A stretch of 64,000 bases of DNA, taken from an uncultured Bacillota bacterium. Its GTDB lineage: Bacteria > Bacillota_I > Bacilli_A > RFN20 > CAG-826. Positions 40,330 through 49,350 of the stretch are shown piece after piece (within the stretch, counting starts at the first letter, position 1; every line of letters begins with the position of its first letter). The stretch spans positions 678,919 to 742,918 of the forward strand of contig OX437086.1 in assembly GCA_949299565.1 (NCBI GenBank), read 5' to 3'. The notes under the pieces were generated by a model. That model searched no databases, was not told the DNA's origin, and saw nothing but the letters and a program-made list of their open reading frames with translations. The translations under genes were made by a program, and so were the position numbers.

Positions 40330-40800
40330 AAATTAAAAAAAGAATAGTTATATACTAATTTATTTTAAGTTACATTTTCGAAGTTAAAATAATTACGACT
40401 TTTTAATCCACAGACATTCACATGGCTCTAAAACTACTAATTATCTACTAATAGAAAAATTTAAATATTGCCCAACTGCTTTCGTTTTTTTGTCAACGAA
40501 TTGTCATGTTAGTAGTTTTATTCTTTTCAAAACATCTTTCATTGATTTATATATTGACGTTGATTGTAATCACTAATGCATTCTTTTCTGAATAAAAATG
40601 TTTTTATCTTTTATATTTATAATTATCGCTCATTAAATTATGGTTATGTTGCATAAAGAAAAGCTCTAATATAACAATAAAGAATATAGGAATTATCTAT
40701 GTCATTTACGACTTCCGATATCAATGTTTTTTAATGAATGTGGATTGATCGTTATCGATAGATAAAATGATCTGTGTTAACAAAAAAAGACAAAAATATA

Positions 40801-41943
40801 TTAGTCAAACATTTGGCTAACCTTCTTAAGAAGCGTTGGAATTTCTAATTTCTGCGGACATACTTTCATGCATTGTCGACAATTGATGCAGCTATTCGCC
40901 TTCCCGTGTTCGTCGCTTGTATGAAGACTATAATTTTTATCATCGATTGATGACTTAGAATTTAAACCGTTGTTCCTAAGCTTATTGTTATAGTCCGAGA
41001 ATAATTCGGGAATCATGATTTTCTTCGGACAGCCTGCACTGCAATAATGGCAAGAGGTGCACGGGATAAGAGATTCTCCTCGCAGTTGCGCCACCACATT
41101 TTTGATTGCTTCATTTTCTTTTTCGTTTAGATCGAGGCCCTCATCCATAAACGAAGTATTGTCTTTTACTTGTTCTAAATTGCTCATGCCCGATAAAACC
41201 ATAACAACTTGATTTTGACTAGCCGCGAAGCGAAGCGCATAAGAAGCGTCGCTTCCGTTATTTAAGGATGCGAAAATTTGATGAGCATCTTTTGGCAATC
41301 TGGCCAAAATCCCGCCTTTAACAGGTTCCATTACGATGATTGGTTTTTGATATTTTACGCAAATGTCATAGCATTTTTTTGACTGGACGTTGACGTATAA
41401 ATAATCTAGGTAATTAAATTGAATTTGAACGATTTCAATTTCGGGATGACGTTTAAGAATCATTTCCAAAACATCCGCATGATCATGAAATGAGATGCCA
41501 AGGTGATGTATTTTTCCTTCCTCTTTGAGTTTTAAACATTCTTCAAAACAGCCTTCCTTCTCGTAAAAATCAAGATTTCTACTATTTACCGCGTGCAATA
41601 AATACAAATCGAGATAATCGACTCCTAGAAGTTCTAGTTGCTTTTGAAAATACGGACGGATTTCATCGTGTGAACTAAAAAGTCCTGAGGTTAATTTATC
41701 GGTCAACCAGTAACTGTTGCGTGGATATCTTTTTGTAAGAGCCTCTTTTATGGCTTTCTCCGATGCTCCGCGGTGATAACCATGCGCGGTATCAAAATAC
41801 GAGAAACCTCGTTCCATAAATAAATCAAACATCACCTTCGTCTTCTCAATATCGATAGATGATTCATCGTTTGGATCTAGAAGCGGCAAGCGCATGCAGC
41901 CGAAACCTAAACGTTTTATTTTCTCATTCCACGGAAAAAGCAT
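40801..41943 (-). CDS. Aldo/keto reductase fused to a C-terminal 2x[4Fe-4S] ferredoxin-like domain
   Basis: N-terminal AKR TIM-barrel motifs (GFGCMRL...FDTAHGY). C-terminal CTSCHYCSAGCP...CINCRQCMKVCP cysteine clusters. Confidence 0.75.
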   Translation of the reverse strand: MLFPWNEKIKRLGFGCMRLPLLDPNDESSIDIEKTKVMFDLFMERGFSYFDTAHGYHRGASEKAIKEALTKRYPRNSYWLTDKLTSGLFSSHDEIRPYFQKQLELLGVDYLDLYLLHAVNSRNLDFYEKEGCFEECLKLKEEGKIHHLGISFHDHADVLEMILKRHPEIEIVQIQFNYLDYLYVNVQSKKCYDICVKYQKPIIVMEPVKGGILARLPKDAHQIFASLNNGSDASYALRFAASQNQVVMVLSGMSNLEQVKDNTSFMDEGLDLNEKENEAIKNVVAQLRGESLIPCTSCHYCSAGCPKKIMIPELFSDYNNKLRNNGLNSKSSIDDKNYSLHTSDEHGKANSCINCRQCMKVCPQKLEIPTLLKKVSQMFD

Positions 41944-41987
41944 AATCTTACCTCCGCTAAAATTATAAGAATAAGCGTAATCAAAAA

Positions 41988-42830
41988 CTATTTCCGATTT
42001 TTCTTAAGGAAGGGGAAACGTTCACGCAAGGCTTTCCGCGCCAAACAAAGTAAGGTATCCGTGATCGCGATTAGAAGAATGGCAATTAAACAATAAGCCA
42101 AAAGCTCGTCCATTTCCAAAAGATCGCGAGAAACCATGATAGCGATTCCAAGACCGTAACCGACACTGCTGCCGGCCAAAACTTCAGCCATGATAATGAC
42201 TTTGAGACCAAGTCCCAATGATTGGAGGAAGGAAAGAAGCATGTAAGGGGCGGCAGAAGGAAGATAAACATCTTTAACTGTTAAAATTTTATAAGTAGCG
42301 CCTTCTAGGGTGAGCGCTTCTTTAGTTTCTTTGTTCACTTCTTGAAATCCTTTTTTAATCGCTTCGTAAATTAGAGGAAAAATAATGACCCATCCTAGAA
42401 TTACCGGAATATAAGAAGCAAAATCACGATAACTGATGCCGGTGAACAATCCGGTTAAAAGCATGACGACAGCTACAGTTGGTATCGTTTTTAACAAAAG
42501 AACAAACGGCGAAAAAAAGCGTTCAAATAACGGGAAAAGACCGGCGATGATGCCGAAAATCAAACCAAAGATAAAAGCAAAGATAAAAGATAAGAAAAGA
42601 CGATATAAAGTCCAGCCGATGTCGAGATAAGTTTTTAAAGACGAGGAAGTAAAAAGAAGCGCAAAAAGAGCTGACAAAACTTCAATCGGGTTCGGCAAAG
42701 CGTGATTGCCTTGGCTTTTTAAAATCCAAGAAGCGATTGCCCAAATTAAAAATAGGAAAAGAACACCGAGAACAACAAAAACAAAAGGCAGAAACTTTTT
42801 GAATTTTGTGTTTCTGCCTCTCTTTAACAT
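41988..42830 (-). CDS. ABC transporter permease (TauC/SsuC/ThiX-like binding-protein-dependent family)
   Basis: Six helices and an EAA-like loop EALTLEGATYKILTVKDVYLPSAAP. Confidence 0.65.
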   Translation of the reverse strand: MLKRGRNTKFKKFLPFVFVVLGVLFLFLIWAIASWILKSQGNHALPNPIEVLSALFALLFTSSSLKTYLDIGWTLYRLFLSFIFAFIFGLIFGIIAGLFPLFERFFSPFVLLLKTIPTVAVVMLLTGLFTGISYRDFASYIPVILGWVIIFPLIYEAIKKGFQEVNKETKEALTLEGATYKILTVKDVYLPSAAPYMLLSFLQSLGLGLKVIIMAEVLAGSSVGYGLGIAIMVSRDLLEMDELLAYCLIAILLIAITDTLLCLARKALRERFPFLKKNRK

Positions 42831-42854
42831 ACCTTGTATTTTAATTCTTTTTTC

Positions 42855-43868
42855 TTATAAGAACAAAGAATCAGCGAAGCGTTCAGCGCCTTCGCCGCTC
42901 AAAATATCCATAAAATCATTGACGAATGTTTGTGAATCTTCAATTGATGCAGGATCGACAACTCCGAAGCGATTGGCGTTACCGTTTTGAAGTGAGACGA
43001 GAAGGTTGCTATTAAAACCGAAACGCGCTTGTTGCTCAGATAAAGGGAGATTGCTGTCCATGATTTCTTTCGCCTCTTCTGGATCAGAAAGAACGAGAGA
43101 AAGATTTTCATCGATATGTGTTAAGAAGCTATCGAAAGTATCTTTATTTGCAGAATAATGCGAGCCGTTGACGAAAAGTCCGGCTTGCGGAATTGCGCTT
43201 TGCCCGGAAAAATCTTTCCACTCCTCTCTGAGATTATAAATTTCATGAACTTCAACGTTTTGTTCAGCAAGGCGCGATTTGACATTCGTGAGGACTGGTT
43301 CAGCAATGAAATAATAGTCAGCACTATCGTGATCAGCAATCATCCGCGCACTGACATCAGAAACAGCGCTTAAATATTCAATATTTAAACTGTCAGAAGT
43401 TTCCCAATTCCAATAGTCATCGATAAGTTTATGAAACACTAAATCCGGCAGTAAGTTCTCGCCGAAGGAAACGATGGTTGAAGCACTGGTTAGTTCATCA
43501 ATAGTTTCGTGCGTTGTTGAAACTAAATAGAAATTACCACCGGTAATCCATCGCGCCAACTTATAATCGTATTCAGGGTGAGCAGCATTTAATCGCAATC
43601 CGTTGACGCCATCGAAGATAATCACATCGCTTTCGTCGTTTAAGAAAGCGCTGCGCACGAAATCCGGCGTTGTTGAGGTCCAGTTCTCGTTATCGCCTTG
43701 ATCAAAGAGAGCAATCGTCGGTGCGCCTGTTGGCGAAACCACCACTAGTTCATCATAATTTGGCAACAAACTGCTCTCAGAACTATTTTCAGTTCCACCG
43801 CAGGAGCTCAAAGCTAACCCCGTTCCTAAAACAGCCGTTAAGGCTAACATCATTCTTTGTTTTTTCAT
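42855..43868 (-). CDS. Lipoprotein, putative ABC transporter substrate-binding protein
   Basis: Signal peptide with lipobox LALSSC. Co-oriented 24 bp upstream of the permease. Family uncertain (NitT/TauT/ThiY-like). Confidence 0.5.
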   Translation of the reverse strand: MKKQRMMLALTAVLGTGLALSSCGGTENSSESSLLPNYDELVVVSPTGAPTIALFDQGDNENWTSTTPDFVRSAFLNDESDVIIFDGVNGLRLNAAHPEYDYKLARWITGGNFYLVSTTHETIDELTSASTIVSFGENLLPDLVFHKLIDDYWNWETSDSLNIEYLSAVSDVSARMIADHDSADYYFIAEPVLTNVKSRLAEQNVEVHEIYNLREEWKDFSGQSAIPQAGLFVNGSHYSANKDTFDSFLTHIDENLSLVLSDPEEAKEIMDSNLPLSEQQARFGFNSNLLVSLQNGNANRFGVVDPASIEDSQTFVNDFMDILSGEGAERFADSLFL

Positions 43869-43899
43869 AAATAGGTCAAACTCGCTTTCACGAGGATAG

Positions 43900-45096
43900 T
43901 TATATACTTTTTTCTAATAAAGGCAAAAGAGGTGCTCCAATAGTGTTTTCCGCTTTCTTTAAGTTGAAGTTCTCAAGAATCGTTGCCCCGATGACCGCAA
44001 ACGTCTTGGCATTTTCTAAAACGGTACCTCTTTTATAGCTTGGCGAATAGGCAAGAAGCGGCACTTTTTCGCGTGTATGATCAGTGCCTTTAAAGGTTGG
44101 ATCGTTCCCGTGATCAGCTGTAATCAAAAGCAAATCATCGTCTCTGAACCTTGGCATAATTTCTCCGAGACGTTCATCGAATTGTTCTAAGGCACGCGCG
44201 TAACCGACAGGATTTCGGCGATGTCCGAATTCTGAATCGAATTCAACGAGATTAACAAAACATAGGCCTTTAAAATCTTTTTCGATGAGCGACGAGACTT
44301 TATCCATCCCGTCCATATTTGAAACCGTGTGGTAGCTTTCACTGATTCCCGCGCCATTAAAAATGTCATTAATTTTTCCGACGCCGATTGTTGACAGGTT
44401 ATGTTCTTTTAAAACATCGAGCGCGGTTTTTCCGCTTGGCGACAAAGTGTAATCGTGACGGTTGGACGTTCTTTTGAAGTTTGAAGGATTATTTCCAATA
44501 TATGGTCTAGCGATGACACGACCCACTCGCCATTCGGGGCGTAACGTCAATTCACGAGCAATTTCACAACAACGATAAAGTTCTTCTAGTCCCGTGACTT
44601 CTTCTGAGGCAGCGATCTGGAGAACGGAATCAGCCGAGGTATAAACTATCAAAGAATTGTCGCGCATTTGTTCTTCGCCTAATTCTTTGAGAATTTCAGT
44701 GCCGGAGGCTGATTTATTGCCGATTATTTTGTGGCCCGTCAACTTCTCTAATTCGGAGATTAGCTCTTTAGGGAAGCCGGTATCAGTGAAAGTTTTAAAA
44801 GGTTTAGTCGTGAGCAAGCCCATCATTTCCCAGTGCCCAGTCATCGTATCTTTCCCGTAACTAGCCTCTTCCAAGGCTAAAGCGTAGGATTGCGGGTGAT
44901 TTTTTGGCGAGATGACTCCTGGAGCGTTTGCGATATTTCCAAGTCCTAAAGACGACATATAAGGAACGTGAAGAGACTTCACGCTTTGAGCGGCGTGCAA
45001 AAGAGTGTTGCTTCCAACATCATCAAAAAGTGCGGCGTCCGGTTCTTCACCGATCCCGACAGAATCAAGCACAATCAAGAAGACACGATTAAACAT
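43900..45096 (-). CDS. deoB: Phosphopentomutase
   Basis: N-terminus RVFLIVLDSVGIGEEPDA. Alkaline-phosphatase-superfamily Mn ligands are present. 398 aa. Confidence 0.9.
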   Translation of the reverse strand: MFNRVFLIVLDSVGIGEEPDAALFDDVGSNTLLHAAQSVKSLHVPYMSSLGLGNIANAPGVISPKNHPQSYALALEEASYGKDTMTGHWEMMGLLTTKPFKTFTDTGFPKELISELEKLTGHKIIGNKSASGTEILKELGEEQMRDNSLIVYTSADSVLQIAASEEVTGLEELYRCCEIARELTLRPEWRVGRVIARPYIGNNPSNFKRTSNRHDYTLSPSGKTALDVLKEHNLSTIGVGKINDIFNGAGISESYHTVSNMDGMDKVSSLIEKDFKGLCFVNLVEFDSEFGHRRNPVGYARALEQFDERLGEIMPRFRDDDLLLITADHGNDPTFKGTDHTREKVPLLAYSPSYKRGTVLENAKTFAVIGATILENFNLKKAENTIGAPLLPLLEKSI

Positions 45097-45162
45097 ATAA
45101 ACCTCGCATTTCTATTTTATCTTATGCTATCTAAAGTTGATTAACAAATGAGAAGCAAAATC

Positions 45163-46041
45163 TTATTGCCGCCAATAACGATCATAGGCTTTAAGGATTC
45201 TCTGCGTCGAAACATGCGTATAAATCTGCGTTGTCGCGATATGACTATGACCTAAAAGTTCTTGAACAACGCGCAACGACGCACCGTTTTCCAATAAATG
45301 CGTCGCGAATGAATGTCGCAGTATATGCGGAGAAACTTTTTCTTCGATTCCCGATTTTTCTGCTAATGACTGCAAAATTTGATAAACATAAATTCTGCTT
45401 AAAGGACGCCCGCTTTTCGAAAGAAAAACATAAGCAGTTCGCGCGCCTTTGTTTCGTTTGCGAGGACCTTCCATATATTTTTCTAAGTAAGAGAGAGCGA
45501 AACTAGAAACCGGAACGCGCCGTTCTTTATTGCCTTTCCCGCGAATTCTAAAAAGCCCTTCATCGTAGAAAATATCATTTCTCTTAAGATTAAGAAGCTC
45601 GCTGATACGCGCGCCGCTTGCATAAAGACATTCAAGAAGCGCTTGGTTTCTTAATCCGCTATCGGTTTCTATCGAACAGGCAGCGAAAAGAGCTTCAACC
45701 TCCTCTATCGAGAGAACATGTGGCAATTTTTTTGGAATTTTCGGACCTTTGATAGGAGGCAACGGACGGCCGATCTCTTTTTCTTCTTCAAGAAAAAAAT
45801 AAAAATTTCGGAGAGTCGAAAGTCTTCTTAAAATTGTCTGTGCGCTTTTTCCGTTCCGTTCCTCGCTTTCAAGAAATGAACGCACTTCTTCTGGCCCCAG
45901 CATTTTCGTTTCATCGATTTCGGGGAAAAGAGAAAAAAACAATTTCAAATCGTCTTCATAAGCCTTTAAAGTTAGAGGCTCTAGCCCCTTCTCAACTCTT
46001 GAAGCTTCTAAAAATTCAGTGATTGCTTTGCTTTTTTCCAT
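45163..46041 (-). CDS. xerD: Tyrosine site-specific recombinase XerD-like
   Basis: C-terminal catalytic region HILRHSFATHLLENGASLRVVQELLGHSHIATTQIYTHV. Sits upstream of deoB, as ripX(xerD)-drm does in Bacillus. Confidence 0.75.
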   Translation of the reverse strand: MEKSKAITEFLEASRVEKGLEPLTLKAYEDDLKLFFSLFPEIDETKMLGPEEVRSFLESEERNGKSAQTILRRLSTLRNFYFFLEEEKEIGRPLPPIKGPKIPKKLPHVLSIEEVEALFAACSIETDSGLRNQALLECLYASGARISELLNLKRNDIFYDEGLFRIRGKGNKERRVPVSSFALSYLEKYMEGPRKRNKGARTAYVFLSKSGRPLSRIYVYQILQSLAEKSGIEEKVSPHILRHSFATHLLENGASLRVVQELLGHSHIATTQIYTHVSTQRILKAYDRYWRQ

Positions 46042-47212
46042 GAGTTAGATCCGATGCTTTAATGAGCGATGGCTCTTTTAAACGCCGATTAAGCGAAGAG
46101 ATTAAAAGCTTTGTTTCATCCATTTTTTCATATTCTTGATAATTCCAAAAGCTCATTTGCACGGTTTCTTCTTTTGGATTTATAAGATTTGAGGACGAGA
46201 CTCCGATATAACGAATATTCATTCCGAGAAAGTTGTTGAGAAAGAGATCGAGCGCTTTAAGCGATAATTCCTGCGGATCATCTGATGGATCTTGAAAGCT
46301 TTTTGCTTTCGCGTGCGTGTGGAAGTCGCTATCCTTTACGCTCAAAGTGATCGTGCGACATTTTAAACGTTCATTATGAAGCCCATAAGCAACGCGCGCT
46401 GTTAATTCATATATCTTTTCTTTTATCTCATGGTAGTCGCTTGTATCTAACGGAAAGGTCTCGCCATGTCCTAACGATTTAGGAGCGAATTCTTCGATGA
46501 CGATTTTATCTTCGCCGCGTCCATGAATCCATTCGTCCGCGGTCAAGAAAAACTTCCCTAAAATTTCTTGAACGGTTGGATCTTTTGCTCCCAATGCTTT
46601 TTCTAAATCTCCGATTGTTTGAATGCCGATATTTAAGAGCCGAGGCGCAGTCTTTTTGCCGATTCCATAAAAACGATCGATAGGAAGCGGGTAAAGCAGA
46701 CTCGGAATATCTTTTTTCCGGATAATCGTAAGGCCTAATGGTTTTTTATAATCCGATCCCATCTTCGCCAAAAATTTTGTAGGACCCACTCCGATTGAAA
46801 CTTCTAGACCAATTTCTTTTTTGAGTTTAGCTTGGAGATTTCGAAAAAACATCACAGGATTCGAATTGTTTTTGAGCACACCGCTCAAATCTAAATATCC
46901 TTCATCGATCGAAGCGCTTTCCACGAGAGGCGTGTAATTTCTAAGAAAAGCAAAAAAAGAGCGCGACAGCATTTCATAATAACGAAAATCAGGATTCTTA
47001 AAGATGCCATGCGGACATTTTCTTCGTGCTTCAACAATCGGCATCGCGGAATGAACGCCATATTTTCGCGCTTCATAATTGGCAGTTGAAACGACGCCGC
47101 GCGGTCCTAATCCACCGACGATAATTGCTTGTCCTTTAAGACTTGGATCTCTTAATTCCTCAGCCTTAGCGAAGAAAGCGTTGATATCAATATGAGCAAT
47201 AATTCTCGCCAT
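46016..47212 (-). CDS. dinB: DNA polymerase IV (Y-family)
   Basis: N-terminus IAHIDINAFFAKAEEL...AIIVGG is the Y-family palm. Has a little-finger domain. Confidence 0.8.
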   Translation of the reverse strand: MARIIAHIDINAFFAKAEELRDPSLKGQAIIVGGLGPRGVVSTANYEARKYGVHSAMPIVEARRKCPHGIFKNPDFRYYEMLSRSFFAFLRNYTPLVESASIDEGYLDLSGVLKNNSNPVMFFRNLQAKLKKEIGLEVSIGVGPTKFLAKMGSDYKKPLGLTIIRKKDIPSLLYPLPIDRFYGIGKKTAPRLLNIGIQTIGDLEKALGAKDPTVQEILGKFFLTADEWIHGRGEDKIVIEEFAPKSLGHGETFPLDTSDYHEIKEKIYELTARVAYGLHNERLKCRTITLSVKDSDFHTHAKAKSFQDPSDDPQELSLKALDLFLNNFLGMNIRYIGVSSSNLINPKEETVQMSFWNYQEYEKMDETKLLISSLNRRLKEPSLIKASDLTHGKKQSNH

Positions 47213-47215
47213 TCC

Positions 47216-49096
47216 TCAGTCCTTTAAAAAAGCAAGGATTTTCTTTTTGGAACTTTCGATATCAACCCCGCAAATTCTTTCTTGCTCTTCAATTTTTGCG
47301 TGCTGTACAAAAAGATTGGGAACAGCAATTCCTAAAAACTTTCCGCGATACCCGTGTGTTAAAAGATAACTGCTTATTAAATTATGGAAACCATTGATGG
47401 TTCCATCCGCATCATAAATTATGATAGACGGCGACTTCATAACAACCTTCAAACTATTTTCATCGAGCGGATATAGATAAAAAGGATCAATTTGATTGAA
47501 CAAGAGCCCGTCTTCTTTTAAAGACGATAATAGCTTTCTTCCTTTATCGCCGACGGCAATTACCGTTGGTAATTTTTCGTCAAACTTATTGAGAAACAGC
47601 CATTTTCCGGGAATGAAGGCAATTTCTTCATTCAATGTTTTCGGAATTTCAATCAGTGAATGCGGATAGCGAATGGCGAAAACGCCGTGCCCGGGTTTAA
47701 GCGATTCCAAGAAGGCAGAATGCGCAGCTTCAATAGTCGATGGCATCGCTAACGTTACATTTGGGATTGAGGCTAAAAAAGCTTCATCATACAAGCCTTG
47801 ATGCGTTTCACCATTGGCACCAACGAAGCCTGCTCGATCGATGAGAAGCGTCATATCGGTTTTCATGCGGGAGCAATCATGAAGCAATTCATCGTACGCG
47901 CGTTGCAAAAATGTAGAATAAATCGAGACAATTGGATGAAAACCGTTGAGGGAAAGCGCGCCGGCAAACGTCAAGGCGTGTTCTTCGGCGATCCCGACAT
48001 CGAAACAGCGTTCGGGATAGGTTTCAAAAGCTTTTTCGAGGTGTGAGCCTTTCTTCATAGCGGGGCACACTAAGAGCAATTTATCGTTTCTTCCTAAAGC
48101 CTCATATACTTCGTCCCCATAAAAATGGGACCAAGATTCTAAACCCGGATGTAAATTCAATGGTTGTCCGTTTTCAGGAGAAAAGGGCGTAACGCTATGC
48201 CAATAACCATCGCTGTCTTCTTCTGTCAAACGATAACCGCGACCTTTTTGAGTCAATAAATGAACTAAGGCTGGTTTTGTTGTTTTCATGGCCTTTTTCA
48301 AAGCCTTTTCAACTCCAGCGATATCATGGCCATTCAAGGGTCCGATATAACTAAATCCAAGATTGTCAAAAAGATTGACTGGAACCAGTTTTGATTTTAA
48401 GAAAGTCTTAAAGCGATAAGATGCGCTATAAAGCTTTCGTCCAAATTTGTAACGTGTTAAAAATCGATGATAGCGTTTCTTGAAATTATTGTAACTTTCA
48501 GTAGTCCCGATTCCGCGGAAGAGTTTCGTAAGTCCGCCAACAGGACGCGATATCGACATCCCATTATCGTTCAAAATGCAAATTAGATGATGCTTACCGT
48601 TTCCGATATCGTTTAAAGCTTCAAAGGCTAAGCCGTTGACGATTGAAGCATCACCAATAAGAGCAATGACTTGGTAATCCTCTTTTTTTAAATCGCGGGC
48701 AGTAGCGAAAGCCAAAGCAGCACTTAAAGATGTGCCAGCATGTCCCGCCTCGTAAACATCATATGGCGATTCTTCACGTTTTTGAAAGCCGGAAATGCCG
48801 TTTAAAAAATTCAAATTTTTCAACGATCGCCCAGTCAATATTTTCCAAGTATAGGCTTGATGACCGACATCAAAAATCATTTTGTCCTTTTTGAAATCAA
48901 AAACTCTCATCAAAGCGATCGTTAATTCAACAACGCCAAGATTTGATGAAAGATGTCCCCCGACTTTAGAAGTGCAGTCGATGATTTCTTGACGAATATC
49001 TGATGCCAATTTTTCTAATTGCTTAGAATTTAAACATTTGATAACTTCGGGATCTTTAATGGTGTTAATGTCGATATCTTCTATTTTTTTCTTCAT
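47216..49096 (-). CDS. dxs: 1-deoxy-D-xylulose-5-phosphate synthase
   Basis: TPP-binding GHLSSNLGVVELT...GDASIVNG motifs, transketolase-like domains. 626 aa. Confidence 0.93.
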   Translation of the reverse strand: MKKKIEDIDINTIKDPEVIKCLNSKQLEKLASDIRQEIIDCTSKVGGHLSSNLGVVELTIALMRVFDFKKDKMIFDVGHQAYTWKILTGRSLKNLNFLNGISGFQKREESPYDVYEAGHAGTSLSAALAFATARDLKKEDYQVIALIGDASIVNGLAFEALNDIGNGKHHLICILNDNGMSISRPVGGLTKLFRGIGTTESYNNFKKRYHRFLTRYKFGRKLYSASYRFKTFLKSKLVPVNLFDNLGFSYIGPLNGHDIAGVEKALKKAMKTTKPALVHLLTQKGRGYRLTEEDSDGYWHSVTPFSPENGQPLNLHPGLESWSHFYGDEVYEALGRNDKLLLVCPAMKKGSHLEKAFETYPERCFDVGIAEEHALTFAGALSLNGFHPIVSIYSTFLQRAYDELLHDCSRMKTDMTLLIDRAGFVGANGETHQGLYDEAFLASIPNVTLAMPSTIEAAHSAFLESLKPGHGVFAIRYPHSLIEIPKTLNEEIAFIPGKWLFLNKFDEKLPTVIAVGDKGRKLLSSLKEDGLLFNQIDPFYLYPLDENSLKVVMKSPSIIIYDADGTINGFHNLISSYLLTHGYRGKFLGIAVPNLFVQHAKIEEQERICGVDIESSKKKILAFLKD

Positions 49097-49125
49097 TGTG
49101 AAACAAAATGTAAAGTACTAAATAT

Positions 49126-49350
49126 CTACTTTTCTTCAACTTCTTTAATTTCGCTTTCGCGGTAGGAATTAACAACCGCTTCCGCTTCTTTTAACTCTTG
49201 CTCCAATCCTTTCAATAGTTCTTTCCCTTCTTTATATAAGGCCATTGTTTTTTCTAAGGGTTCTTCGCCTGATTCTACTTTCTGGACAATCTCTTCAAGT
49301 CTAGATAAGCGCTTTTCGAATGTTTCTTTTTTTGTCACTTTTTCACTCAT
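49126..49350 (-). CDS. xseB: Exodeoxyribonuclease VII small subunit
   Basis: 74-aa helical protein, SFEKRLSRLEEIVQKVESGEEPLEKTMALYKEG. Confidence 0.85.
   Translation of the reverse strand: MSEKVTKKETFEKRLSRLEEIVQKVESGEEPLEKTMALYKEGKELLKGLEQELKEAEAVVNSYRESEIKEVEEK

Noticed and set aside
42436-42630. Lys-rich 64-aa ORF antisense to the ABC permease gene
   Set aside because: Reverse-strand reading of a T-rich, hydrophobic-helix-coding region. Spurious.
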